The translations under genes and the position numbers were made by a program. A stretch of 64,000 nucleotides of DNA from Heptranchias perlo (lineage: Eukaryota), in contig NC_090345.1 of the NCBI RefSeq assembly GCF_035084215.1, forward strand, positions 14,322,001 through 14,386,000, read 5' to 3'. A model generated the notes under the pieces. The model searched no databases, had not been told where the DNA came from, and worked only from the letters and a program-made list of their open reading frames with translations. Below, in pieces: positions 9,301-20,222 of the stretch (its first letter is position 1; each line of letters starts with the position of its first letter).

Positions 9301-12300
9301 TTCCCAATTACTATACTATTCTGCAGTAAATTACCAACCTGTTTTAAGAAGATATAGTAATGCCTTGTTGTAACTTTTTAATGTGTAGGCAACTTAATTA
9401 ATAGAAAAAAAAGCAGAATACTTTGAGCATGACATGATTTTTCACTAAATACCTTCCCTGTCAGTGGAGTTAAACTCATAGCACTGGGTATGAATATATA
9501 GCCTTAATAAATCTTACCTAGTATACATTTCAGAATGATCTATCTAATTCTTCTTTATTTTCAGGTTGTAGCTATGCTTCTGCCTCACAAAGGGTTGAAA
9601 CCAGATCTATTTTGGCAGGTAATGATGGTTCCTCACTGGGCCCATTTTGCTTCACACTATTCAAACTCGTAAATTAGTGCGAATAGCATGAGGTTTCTGT
9701 GAGAAGCCAATAACTGGGAGAATTCGCCCACCTACTCACATATGATCTGATCAGAAAGTGGGCAACGTGAAAGAGTTTTTTTTTAACAGTGAAACATGTA
9801 AAGGTGACGGTAGGAAAATAAACAGATCAAAACACTGATGGCTAAATCAGTGGAAAAGTGACAGAAAGAAGACTGTGTGAATCAGAAGGTAGACATAAGA
9901 ACATCAGGGATGAGAAATTTGACCTGGAAGCTCATTGTTCCAGTAAATGTAGTAATAGTTGTGTGTGTGTGTGTGTGTTAATCTGCGTCAAGAATTCAGC
10001 TTTCTATGTAGTTTCTCGCATTCTCCACAGTTACTTTTTTAAAGCATTGGATAACTGGTTTGGGTCACATTTAGGTTAAGTATTCAAAGCAAGACTGAAC
10101 CTGATGTATTATCAACCTGAAACACAGATAAGGTAATCTAGCATTATAAGTTAAATGCTTCCTCTTATCACTTTTTAAATTATGAAAGTTTTACAAATAT
10201 GATGGGAATTATAGTAAAAGGAGAATAATTGTAAAATAATAAGGAACAAAACTTTATAGAGAGTCATGAGTGAACTGTGGAAGAACCATCTTTGCAACAT
10301 TAAATACTAGAAAAATTGACATACTAGAAGTGGAGGGAGAATCATCTCCCACTATACAAAGCAGGAGATAATAAATATTCAGGACAATTCGGTCCTAAAG
10401 AACCAGCAAACTGAACTAGAAAGCAAGTTAGATCTTGTCTAAAATCAGCCAACACTATAATGGCATTCCCCCCCCCACTTTGTTTTATTCCTTTTTAAAT
10501 GCTGTTCATCTGTTTATAAAAAAAATCAATTCTGATGAAGGGTCCACACTTGAAACATTAACTTGTTTGTTCTCTCCACAGATGTTGTCCGACCTGCTGA
10601 GTGTTTACAGCATATTCAGTCTCTCACTCTAGTTCTGAACTCTTTATATTACAGAGCATAATATTTTTATTTATTGTTTAAATCTAAGACCGAACATATT
10701 TCCTGTTTTCTGCATTTTCCCACCAGGCTGCTGGTTCTAGGGCAGTTGTAATAAGTGTATGTGACATAATTTCAGTTTTATAGTATGTAATAAAGCTTGC
10801 CATGAGAAAATATATTAATATTGCTTTCCTTCTTTGTCTGTAGTTCCTCTTTCAATCATACAGTGCAGGATTTAACTTGGCAAACAGAAATAAAACCACC
10901 TGTACAGTAAGTGTGTTATTCCTTTCAACTTGAGTTATATATGATTTGCCTTTAAATGTGTACAATGGCTCCAGAAGACTATATACATTGACCATGTGAT
11001 TGTCGTAAAACCCAATTGGTTCACTAATGTCCTTTGAGGAAGAAAATCTGCCGTCCTTACCCAGTCTGGTCTATACGTGACTCCAGTCTCACATCAACGT
11101 TGGTTGACTCTTAACTGCCCTCTGAAATGGCCTAGCTAGCCACTCAGTTGTATCAAACAGCTACAAAAAAGAATAAGAAGAATAAAACCAGACGGACCTC
11201 TTTGTTGCAATCCTGGCATCAAATTCGAGCACCATCAAGGCACCACCAGCCCAGTCGACCCCGTAAAGTCCTCCTTGCTAACAACTGGGAACTGGTGCCA
11301 AAGTTGGGAGAACTGTCCCACAGACTAGGGGAAAAAAATCCAAAATGATGGGGAACCAAAGTAGAAGTTTTATATAGGAACAAATGGAGGAGGATAGCTA
11401 AGATCTGAAGTTGCTAAAATTAACGTTCAGACCAAAGAGCTCAAAGTGCTAAGGAGAAACTATACTGTTCCTGGACAAAATCTTAAAATCCAGACCAATC
11501 TCACAGTTACCTGCTCTAACTCATTCTTTCAGTCTTGGAAAGATTGTCCCTTCAGACCTCCCACATTTTGCATTCTACATTCCCGACTGCAGAACTACAA
11601 AAACCTGTTGAAAATAATTAAAATTTCTAAAGAAATATTTTAAGTGTCAAATATTTTATCTGCATTATGTGTTTGAACCAAAGTTATGCTTTTCACAACT
11701 GATATTTCTTTTTAGGGTGAGAAGAATCCTCTAAAACAAGTTCTCCTCTTGGTTGGATCTGTGTCCTATACTACATGTTTGGGAGTACGTAATCAGAATA
11801 TTATGTGTTTTATGAAAAATTATCTGATGGCATGATTTAACAATTGTGCCAGGGAGTGCCTTCATTAGTTGGGAAATGTATCTTTAGTTGAAAAGAATAA
11901 GCTCGTTATCATGACTTAAACAATAAAGCGTAACATAACTTTTAATCAATTTTTCTTTTTGGACTATAATGAGCTAAGTTAGTACGAGAAGCCAATTAGA
12001 TCACTTGTAGCATTCAGATCACGTGTGTATTGTCTGTTTTACTGTCTTTGTGATTGAAGAAATGCTCTTGAGCACCAAACACAATTAATTACAGAATGCT
12101 CCTCCAATATCTACTTCCTGGGACGACATTTTTGTTATTAAAACATGTTAGCTTCAACATACTTCAAATTATTTGGCAGCTGCCATTAAGTGCTTATAGA
12201 GAGATTGAAAATGTTTACATGTAATGAAGGCATTTGACCAAGTGGAATGGATGTACCCACTCTTCTTTATGGTTATCATTAATAGTCACATATCCTTCCC

Positions 12301-15300
12301 CCTTACAATTTTTTTTCTCTTACCCAACTACTTCTGAAGATGCTTACTTGTGCTGCTGCGATCTGGTTCCACTGGTGTTGGCAGGCCTTCAGTGCTCAAC
12401 CAAATTGGCATTTTTCGTTTGTAAGCCCTGACAATGAGTGTTGACAGAATGTTCAACAATGGAGGGCATCACAATCAAATCCAATCCTGTCCTCACCTCG
12501 CATCCACACACACAAGTACATTTCCAATAGGGGTTGCTTGATAGAAAATAATCATTCAAAAATGCCTGTGGCTTTTTAGCTGTATATACCGTTACTTCCA
12601 CAATCCTAAGTGAGTTTTACATTGTACATGAAACATTTGGAATGATTATTTTCATGTTTTTTTTGTAAATGGTTCATTTTTTAAAACTGTTTTTATAATT
12701 AGGTTTTCCCTCAGTTTGTGATGTATCGCTATGGATCAAACAGTCCTGGAATGCACACTCTGTTCAGAAAAATTCTGCCAGTTCCTGTACTTGGTAAGTA
12801 GAAAATAGTTTGGAGCGGTCAGAGAGGGCGCTAAGATCATTGTTCTTGGGAATCAGAATGTCACATGTATGAGGTTGAGATGAAAGTGCATTGTTGAAGT
12901 GGGTTTTACCCTACATCTACACCATGTCTACGTGTTAATGACACAGGGGGTAGAGTAGGAAGGTGCTGCATCCCTTATCAAGGGGTACAAATTTACTTTC
13001 TACCAAAAGAAATGGCACACTTTCTAGCTTTAATGTTAGGGCCACATTAAGGCACAACATCAGTGGTATGATGTGGCAATTCATTCTGCAGACTATGTTA
13101 CATTTCAGGTTTAGGATGTGTGTTTCTTTTCTGCTATAATTTTCAGTCAAACTATTTTAGTGTGACACCACTACACTGCACCACAAACCAAGCTCGGGAG
13201 CTTTCCTTCCAGGGTCAGAGACAATTGGAATGTGAATTGCCTCATTGTGCTTTCAGATGTCTGTGGCTGTTGGCTGGAGAGTGTTCCTGGAGTGCTTCAA
13301 GAAGCAGCTACATTGCCCACTGTCTCACTCCAGAGATTGTGGGGAGAGATGCAAGAGGGGGGAAAATAAAGTGTAATTTTTCTTTTCATCTGCCTTTTAA
13401 CCACCATTAGAAAGCATGAGAAAAAGTCAAGATGATTTTCCCATCAATTTTTTGGGAAGCTGCCCAGGCTGTGACCTAGCTATAAATTATTGGTGTCTAT
13501 CATGTGTTAAGATTTAGATTCAAGATGGATTCATAATATGAGATAAACTACAAATTACTTAAAGTGCGTCTGGTTTTGATACTTGTTTAGAACCTGTTTT
13601 TATTTCACTGCTCTCTTTCCTAACAGTGATTGCAAGTGCTCTCAATGTGGCAGTAGTCAGAGGCTTTGAATTGGAAACAGGAATTGAAGTTGCAGATAAA
13701 AATGGAAATGTGGTAGGAGTCTCACAGATAGCTGGAACTAAGGTAAGGGTGTGATGGTGTAGTGGTTATGGTACTGGACTAACAGACCAGAGTTTGTCAG
13801 TTCAAACCTCGCGACGATAAGTTGTGAAATGGATTTCAATTTGTAAGCTAGCACCAGAAAAAATGATCATAAAAGCTACTGAATTTATATAAAAACCCAG
13901 ATGGTTCACTAAAACCTGCACAGTCTTGCTTACATATGATTCTAGTCCACACTATGTGGCTGACTGCTAATGCCCTCTGAAGTGGCTTAGCAAACAATTG
14001 CTACCTCAAGAAGAGAGCATGTGACCTAAAGGCAACTAAGGACAGGCAATAGATGCAGCCTTGCCAGTGTCACCAACATCCCAAGAACCAATGGCGAAAA
14101 AAACGCTTTAAATCATAAACTCTTAAGCTACTTAATCCCCTCCATTTAAAAGATAAGTGCATCTTTTGTCACTATGTCTGCAGTTGCACAGAAGCGAAGC
14201 CAAAGTTTTGAAAGTTGCTTGTGTTATCTCAGTACGATCATCAGCCTGTTGCCGATGATGATTTCTCCATTCATTTCCCCAATGCTAGGGTCCCCTTGAG
14301 TCTCCACACTCTTAGATAATTTCTCTTCTTGCTATTATTATTGGCCTATTGCTGGCACTATTTGAGGTTTACCTTCTTCAATGTAGTAATATGGAATGAA
14401 AGCCAGAAAGAACAAAGAGTAATACAAACAAAAATAGTGAGCTCCCTCAAAGGCTCATTTGGAAAGTTATCCAATAAAGTGCTGACTCACCTAGAATAGG
14501 AAAGTTCCAGGTTGCATTTTCAACCTATGCTGAGTAAATACATCTATGCCTCGGCAGCAGTTGAGGTGCTGCAATAGTTCTCAGCTCCCCTGGGGTAAGG
14601 AGAGGAAATAAGCCAGAGTTCCTAGGCCTGATCACTATGTAGTAACTATTGCTAGAAAGTGCACACTTATGGACATTGGTTGAGGACAGAATTGGACTCT
14701 GCTTTGGTGCTCTATGCAGCTGCCCACTCTGGAATTCTGTTCTCAAAGTTTGTCCACCTCCCTCTCCTCCTTTTAAGATCCTCCTTTAAAACTCAGCCCA
14801 TTGACCAAGCCTTTTGTCGTCCCGAATTTCGCTTAGCATCCATTTTCCTCATACCTCTATGAAGTACATTGAGACATTTTTCTATATAAATGTATGTTGA
14901 TGTTGAAAAAAGGCTGTTCAAATTGTGGGAGATCAGATACTCTTCCAGCAACAGTGCCGTGTAACACTGATGCAATCTGATACTTTTATTTTGGCTTCTA
15001 ATACTCATCATTGATGATAGAGAATTAAATTCCAAATATACTTCATAATCTATGGGGAGATGCAGTTCATCGGTCAATCTTAATTATATTTGGTTCATTA
15101 TTGAAGACTGATCTCTAATCACCCTGAAGCACAGTAAGAAGTAATCTGCAGATCTCGCTGTTTTTTGAGTATGACAGAGTTCAGTGAATTCATTGAGGCT
15201 TTAAAAGTTGCACCGTTGACTGTGGAATTAGCAGAAAAATTTTCAATGTTAATTTTCTCTTTTCTAGGCAGTAAAAGAGACGGCGATTTCTAGAGCAGTT

Positions 15301-18300
15301 TTAATCGGAACTACAGTAGCTGTGCCCAACATGCTTGTCAGCTACTTACAAAGGTATGAAATATTCCTGGTAAATTCTTGCATTGCTTTTCAGACTTAGC
15401 ACAAATTATGTTTCCATATTTTTCTCAAAATAGTATTCCTAACGTGACAGTTAAAAATCTTGAGAATTTGAAAAAAAGCTGTCAATACATAATCTTAAAC
15501 GGTCAACTTGATTTTATTTTCCATATTTTGATGGGAGCCTGGGATGACTCGCCCTCTAATCTTCCACCCTGGTCTGTGAGGATATGCTTGGTCCCTGCTC
15601 TGTATTCCCCATGAAGATGTGATTGACATCAGGAGCTCCCCACGTGAGGAATCACTGGTACATGCTCGTTCCGCCATTCCATGGTGCAGCATTTGAGCTC
15701 CCAAGTGCTATATCACACTGCAATTTTGAATTGTAATCCATTCTTCAGTGTGTCCAGCTTACTGCCTTGGCAGACATTAGATTATGTAAATGTTTATTTA
15801 AAATAGTGTCCATAAAGGTGTTAAACTCACTGTTTTGCTGCCTGATACAGGCTGTTAAAGTTCAACTGTAGTCAGTAGTAATGAGTGCATGTGGGAAGCA
15901 GTGTGGGTTAGAATAGTATCATTTAACTTGAGTCCTGCCTATGAATCTAGTACAGGATAATGGGACAGATCTCCTCTCCTTAGTGTTATCAACCGTCCTG
16001 AATGAAATGTATTCAGCAAGTATCAATTAAAAGATGTGAGTGGGTGCAAGTCCACAGTGCAAACCCCCCGCTCCCCCCACCCCCCCTCCATAATTCGGCA
16101 CTAAATTTGCAGCCTCTGTGAATCTACCAGACTTCCTGGTGTGGCCAATAGGAATGTCACAATGGATAGAGTAAGAATGTTCTCCCACGTTTGGGGTTAA
16201 GGTATGTTGTCGTGGTAGAGCAGAGAGAGCTGTTCTCTGCATTTTGCAAGTTTTGTACTTGATGTTGTGAGTGGCTCTTGCTGACATTGGATAAGGAAGA
16301 GGAAGAAGCATCAAGGAAGAGACAATGAACACAGGGTACGTGGTTTTTGGTGATAGGCTCACGGTGGATCCAGCTGGTGTAGATTCCAGGTAAAATTGGC
16401 TAGATTAAGGGATCACTTATTGTTTAAATGTATAAATCAACAGTGCACCCAGTTGGAACAAGGTACATAAAAATGTCAATTTTGTGATTGGTTTTATATA
16501 CAGTACATTTTTATTACTGATCAGCATTCTGTGATTATTTTTTCCCAGGACGAATTTCATAAGAAGATCTCCTCTTGCACTAGCTCCTATTAGACATATA
16601 ATGACCGCCTTTGTACTAGGGATGATGGTGCCCATTTCCTTCAGCCTGTATCCTCAGACGGGGAAGGTATATGATGAGTTTAAGACTTGCAGTATATTGC
16701 CAACTCTGTTATTGTGTATATAGCCAGCAGTTCCAGATCTCTCACCAGTCTCCTGGAACTAATATTTTCACCTAATGTTCATGAAGGTTTTCAAACTGGG
16801 TTCTGTAGGGAGTCTGTGAGCTCATCAGATTCTTTTCCACTTGTCATTAGATCTATGCTTTACTGTATTAGTTGATTTGCTAACATTATTTCTCTTGCAA
16901 TAAACAAAATCATTTCCTGCAATGAAAGCACCCTTTCCCACTAAATACTGGGAAGACCAAAGCCATTATCTTAGGTCCCCACCGCAAACTCTGTTCCCTA
17001 GCCACCGACTCCATCCCTCTTCCTGGCCACTGTCTGAGGCCAAACCAGAGCGTTCGCAACCATGGTGTCCTATTTGACCCTGAGATGAGCTTCTAACCAC
17101 ATATCTGCTCCATCACCAAGACTGCCTACTTCCACCTCCATAACATCGCCCGTCTCCTCCCCTGCCTCAGCTCATCTGCTGCTGAAACCCTCATCCATGC
17201 CTTTGTCACCTCTAGACTGGACTATTCCAATGCTCTCCTGGCCAGTCTCCCATAGTCCATCCTCCATAAACATGAGCTCATCCAAAACTCTGCTGCCCGT
17301 ATCCTAACTCACACCAAGTCCCGTTCTCCCATTACCCCTGTGGTCGCTGACCTACTTTGGCTCCCAGACCGGGATGCCTCGATTTTAAAATCCTCATCCT
17401 TGTTTTCAAATCCCTCCATGGCCTCACCCCTCCCTATCTCTGTAACCTCCTCCAGCCCTACAACCCTCCAAGATCTCTGCGTTCCTCCAATTCTTACCTC
17501 TTGCGCATCCCCAATTTTAATCGGTCCACCATTGACAGCCGTGCCTTTAGCTGCCTAGGTCCTAAGCTCTGGAATTCCCTCTGTAAACCTCTCCGCCTCG
17601 CTACCTCTCTCTCCTACTTTAAAACGCTCCTTAAAACGTACCTCCTGTCCTAATACCTCCTTATGTGACTCGGTGTCAAATTTTGTTTGATAATCGCTCC
17701 TGTGAAGCACCTTGGGACATTTTACAACGTTAAAGGCACAATATAAATGCAAGTTGTTGTTGTTTCCCTTGGGTAGCTAATGCTGGATTTATCTAGTTCA
17801 GACTTGTGGTCCCCTGGACTGTGTTGGTTTTTACTGGGAGATTTGCAGTTTGCAGCCTCATTTTCTCCCCCATCCCTGCAGTCTCTTTTTCTCCCCTGTC
17901 CATGTCCACCCCTGAGAGTGTCAATATTTGCAGAGTGCCCTACACAGAAAAGCTTGAAAACCACTGCTTCAAACCCTTTAATGCCAGGGGGATGAAGGAG
18001 AAATGTGCAAAGTTCGACCTGTATAACAGATAGCCAATGATTCTTAGTATTTAAGTGCAGGAGATAACCCTAGATAGTCTTTAGTTATAGTCACTCTGTG
18101 AGAAAGAATGATTGCAAAACCTGCAATGGATCAAATTGAATAATTTGTAAGTATTTTATGTATTAAAAACCCAGCGACATAATGTGATATGGGCAGTTCA
18201 GGAATTCCCCACATTTTGAGTTGCCAGTGGGATAGCAGTTAAATAAGATGAGGCATTTCCACCTTGGGCTGAAAAGAGGATGAGGAAGTCAGAAGAGAAA

Positions 18301-18944
18301 GAAGTCAGATCTGGTTCCTTGTATATGCCTCTTAATGATCAGTTACAGAGCAACATTTGGTGTTAGGGCTGGGATTGTGTGGCACAGGGGGTCTTTACAT
18401 GGATAATTCAAATTTGTCCATTTGAGTTTGAAGAGTGGAGTTTACAATTCAGAAATGGAATATGACTCCTCCAATAGCTCAATGGGTAAGCACCCTCTGT
18501 GCTATTATATAGAGCTTTCCAAATCAGGACAATCTCAAGTTTGATCCCTGGTTTGCACAGTTTGTCAGTGTCAACTAATTCAGTGGTGGGAGCACAACAA
18601 TGGATTTCAGTGTCCCTCGTGGAAGAGGAATAAAGTCAATCAGGTTTGCTCTCCTCCGGTAAAGTGTACATGTGTGGATCTCCGGTGGGAACAGGATTGG
18701 GTGAAGTAGCAGAGAGCTAGTGGTGCCTGTGCAACTGTATCCAGTCATGAGTCAGAATAGATGGTGTCGGAAAATGAAAGGTGAGAAAATTAGAAATGCA
18801 CTCTCAAAGCAAAAATAGACTTTTTAAAAAATCTAAGCAGTAGAATAATTGTTAATTTTATTTCAGATAAACAGGAGCAATCTTGAACCTTTGATCCAGT
18901 CAGCCACAACAGAAGATGACCTTTATTACAACAGAGGGTTGTGA
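294..18944 (+). CDS. SFXN4: Sideroflexin-4, complete 14-exon CDS (963 nt, 320 aa)
   Basis: join(294-332,2286-2351,5160-5234,5410-5436,6719-6773,7218-7243,9565-9618,10844-10906,11716-11784,12703-12793,13627-13742,15268-15353,16549-16666,18867-18944). All introns GT-AG, frame open. Motifs RRFLQWLDILDP, VHPDTG, GIEVADKNGNVVGVSQIAGTKAVKETAISR and terminal YYNRGL* are typical of sideroflexin-4. Confidence 0.93.
1300..1518. mobile_element. Penelope-like (PLE) fold-back element: inverted pseudo-LTR arms plus tail, 12-bp TSD
   Basis: 83-bp inverted arms at 1341-1423 and 1436-1518 (1 mismatch); direct repeat CCTAATAAATAG at 1288-1299 and 1519-1530; hammerhead-like core in each arm. Confidence 0.85.
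2286..2351 (+). CDS. SFXN4: SFXN4 exon 2 (SFFRRFLQWLDILDPTTLLASN)
   Basis: tgtag| acceptor, |gtaagc donor, 66 nt. Confidence 0.92.
2808..3047 (-). mobile_element. Solo Penelope-like pseudo-LTR inserted in a CR1 fragment, 10-bp TSD
   Basis: CAGTTTTGAA at 2798-2807 and 3048-3057; empty site visible in the duplicate near 4039; shares sequence with the arms at 1341-1423. Confidence 0.85.
2859..2897 (-). ncRNA. Minimal type I hammerhead ribozyme (PLE type)
   Basis: Minus strand reads TTCAC CTGACGA A GGAGG TAG CCTCC GAAA GCTT GTGAA: stem I 5 bp, CUGANGA, stem II 5 bp, GAAA, palindromic AAGCTT stem III, CUU cleavage triplet. Confidence 0.8.
3455..3632 (-). mobile_element. L2-type / DeuSINE 3' tail fragment
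   Basis: Reverse complement ends gtgaaaggcgctatataaatgcaagttcttt, the same tail as 38100-38146. Confidence 0.75.
3768..4107 (+). repeat. Local duplicate of 2573-3118
   Basis: Near-identical sequence (gagaggaagtaaaggaaaactctttggaaaccgg ... gcaaacgg) about 1.2 kb downstream of the first copy. Confidence 0.93.
5160..5234 (+). CDS. SFXN4: SFXN4 exon 3 (KEIQNAQTLLQSSPPSLTEPVKDEK)
   Basis: aacag| ... |gtaagt, 75 nt. Confidence 0.87.
5410..5436 (+). CDS. SFXN4: SFXN4 exon 4 (IKKALKLTL), 27-nt micro-exon
   Basis: Polypyrimidine tract, tttcag| ... |gtgaga. Confidence 0.87.
6719..6773 (+). CDS. SFXN4: SFXN4 exon 5 (SSVHPDTGDVLPTVFRAS)
   Basis: Sideroflexin HPDTG motif; ctag| ... |gtgagt. Confidence 0.93.
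7218..7243 (+). CDS. SFXN4: SFXN4 exon 6 (AFTPFAAPL), 26 nt
   Basis: Long pyrimidine tract, ccag| ... |gtaggt; restores phase. Confidence 0.88.
7399..9291 (+). mobile_element. Young 5'-truncated CR1 LINE (ORF2 reverse transcriptase, 595-aa open frame 7420-9207)
   Basis: KSPGPD, PGNYRPVSLTS, QHGF, YMDFSKAFDKV, GVPQGSVLGP and FADDTK motifs; (TTCTATGA)n tail; possible TSD TAACAG at 7393-7398 and 9292-9297. Confidence 0.96.
9565..9618 (+). CDS. SFXN4: SFXN4 exon 7 (VVAMLLPHKGLKPDLFWQ)
   Basis: ttcag| ... |gtaatg, 54 nt. Confidence 0.9.
9960..9979. repeat. (TG)n microsatellite
   Basis: About 10 TG units. Confidence 0.9.
10531..10620 (+). mobile_element. Penelope-like pLTR relic (second family) with decayed hammerhead
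   Basis: CTGATGA AGGGT-CCAC-ACTT GAAAC followed by ctctccacagatg..gacctgctgagtgttt.cagcat, which matches the arms at 49806-49976. Confidence 0.7.
10844..10906 (+). CDS. SFXN4: SFXN4 exon 8 (FLFQSYSAGFNLANRNKTTCT)
   Basis: tgtag| ... |gtaagt; QSY..N..NRN sideroflexin motif. Confidence 0.92.
10995..11330 (+). mobile_element. 5' fragment of a non-LTR retrotransposon: SINE-body sequence running into a putative endonuclease start
   Basis: 11005-11125 matches the body of the SINE at 59865-60224; continues into KVLLANNWELVPKLGELSHRL. Confidence 0.65.
11716..11784 (+). CDS. SFXN4: SFXN4 exon 9 (GEKNPLKQVLLLVGSVSYTTCLG)
   Basis: tttag| ... |gtacgt, 69 nt. Confidence 0.88.
12703..12793 (+). CDS. SFXN4: SFXN4 exon 10 (VFPQFVMYRYG...RKILPVPVL)
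   Basis: ttag| ... |gtaagt, 91 nt. Confidence 0.9.
13627..13742 (+). CDS. SFXN4: SFXN4 exon 11 (VIASALNVAVVRGFELETGIEVADKNGNVVGVSQIAGTK)
   Basis: aacag| ... |gtaagg, 116 nt. Confidence 0.94.
13746..14090 (+). mobile_element. tRNA-headed SINE, older copy of the 59865-60224 family, abutting the exon 11 donor
   Basis: ggtgtagtggttatggtactggactaa head; tail ggcaatagatgcagccttgccagtgtcaccaacatccc. Confidence 0.75.
15268..15353 (+). CDS. SFXN4: SFXN4 exon 12 (AVKETAISRAVLIGTTVAVPNMLVSYLQR)
   Basis: tctag| ... |gtatga, 86 nt. Confidence 0.93.
16549..16666 (+). CDS. SFXN4: SFXN4 exon 13 (TNFIRRSP...GMMVPISFSLYPQTGK)
   Basis: cccag| ... |gtatat, 118 nt. Confidence 0.93.
16970..17764 (+). mobile_element. 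L2 LINE 3' fragment
   Basis: Encodes AETLIHAFVTSRLDYSNALLA and DFKILILVFKSLHGLTPPYL..RAFSCLGPKLWNSL; tail atataaatgcaag(ttg)n. Confidence 0.9.
18466..18760 (+). mobile_element. Old tRNA-derived SINE family (related copies near 12330-12600 -, 14500-14720, 19430-19740 -, 24680-24790, 29425-29740, 33030-33350)
   Basis: tagctcaatgg A-box-like head, gtttgatccctggt B-box-like segment, shared degenerate body. Confidence 0.6.
18867..18944 (+). CDS. SFXN4: SFXN4 exon 14, coding part (INRSNLEPLIQSATTEDDLYYNRGL*)
   Basis: tttcag| acceptor; conserved C-terminal NRGL-stop. Confidence 0.93.
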   Translation: MNRSNLEPLIQSATTEDDLYYNRGL

Positions 18945-19779
18945 AAGAGGGCTACAAAATAAGATTGCTGGCTTGTATTCTGTATGGAGATTATTTGTTC
19001 ACATGGACACATCTCATTGAGCACAGATGTTTACACAAAACAAGGTACCTCAGAAGCCCAAATACTGTAGACATTTTACTTGATTATAATGAGTGTAAAA
19101 CACTGAACTCGATTGTAATAATGTTTGACAAAATATTTATTGATTTAACACATTACATCTCAACTAGACAGAAACCAGTTGTAATTCCCGCTATTTGCAA
19201 TGTCATGTTCTGACACTTAAAAGTCGGAGAACCATTGCAATCTATTGTGATAGCATTCAGTGTCGGATTCAATGATCAGGCCTTTGTCTTTGTAATTATG
19301 TGTTGTATAATACCTTTCTCTGGGGTGGGGTTCCAACTTTCTTCCATCCTCTCATGAAGGCGGTGACTCATGGTGGAAAACAGTTCCATAGTTCCATGCC
19401 TAGAGTCCTCTGGTACCTCTGGAAATGACCAGTGTTTATATATGAGCTTGGTCAGTTTTGGGAAGATATATAACCATGGAAGCATCACAGTCAACTTCCA
19501 TCATCCCCTTACTCAACATCCACCTATGCACTAATCAATAGAAGTCACTGTATGGTGATAAAGAGCAACGTCCATGCTTGATTGCCCTACCCATTCCCTT
19601 TACTCGAAATAGAGAGACCTATCGTATTGCCTTCGTGGCTGTCCTGGATGACAGCACAAACCGAATGTGGGACCTTTCTGATCTGTAAGTGTAGCTCAGC
19701 ACCACATTGGTTGGTATATTTAATCACTGTGTTATTGAGGAGTTGCATGTGTTCCATTTCTGGGGGCAGAGACATTATG

Positions 19780-20222
19780 ACCTAGAAATTCATTAACTCC
19801 GCTCGTGCCTAACCGTCCAATATGGCGGGCGACATGTGCCATCTACCATATTGATAAAGTTTCCAGTGTAGGCATTCAGGGCCCGGGCCTGAAACAGGTG
19901 TTGGACCCTTTGCATGTGCAAATAGTGGGCCTAATGCCAGTTTGAGGCCCCCTTCCCAAAATTCCCAATTGCTCCCCTATCGATTGCCTCCCTCCCACCT
20001 CCCAGGAGCTGCCTGAGGGCCACTGCCGGGGAGGCAGCTGACCCAGCTTCATCCTCTTGGAACCGGACAGCTGCCTTTGGCTGCCCGATTGGTGTCCACA
20101 GACTGTCGTCACAATGCAGATGAGGCCTGGATCTCAAATCCGGGTGAGCCCGGGCCTTGGGCGCACGCTCCTGCGCTGCCCATTTTAGTTCCAAAAACGA
20201 GCTGCAACGAATTTCCACCCCC
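19780..20222. mobile_element. GC-rich non-autonomous DNA transposon (MITE-like)
   Basis: Imperfect inverted ends tagaaattcatt / aacgaatttccacccc; GC-rich body. Confidence 0.5.
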
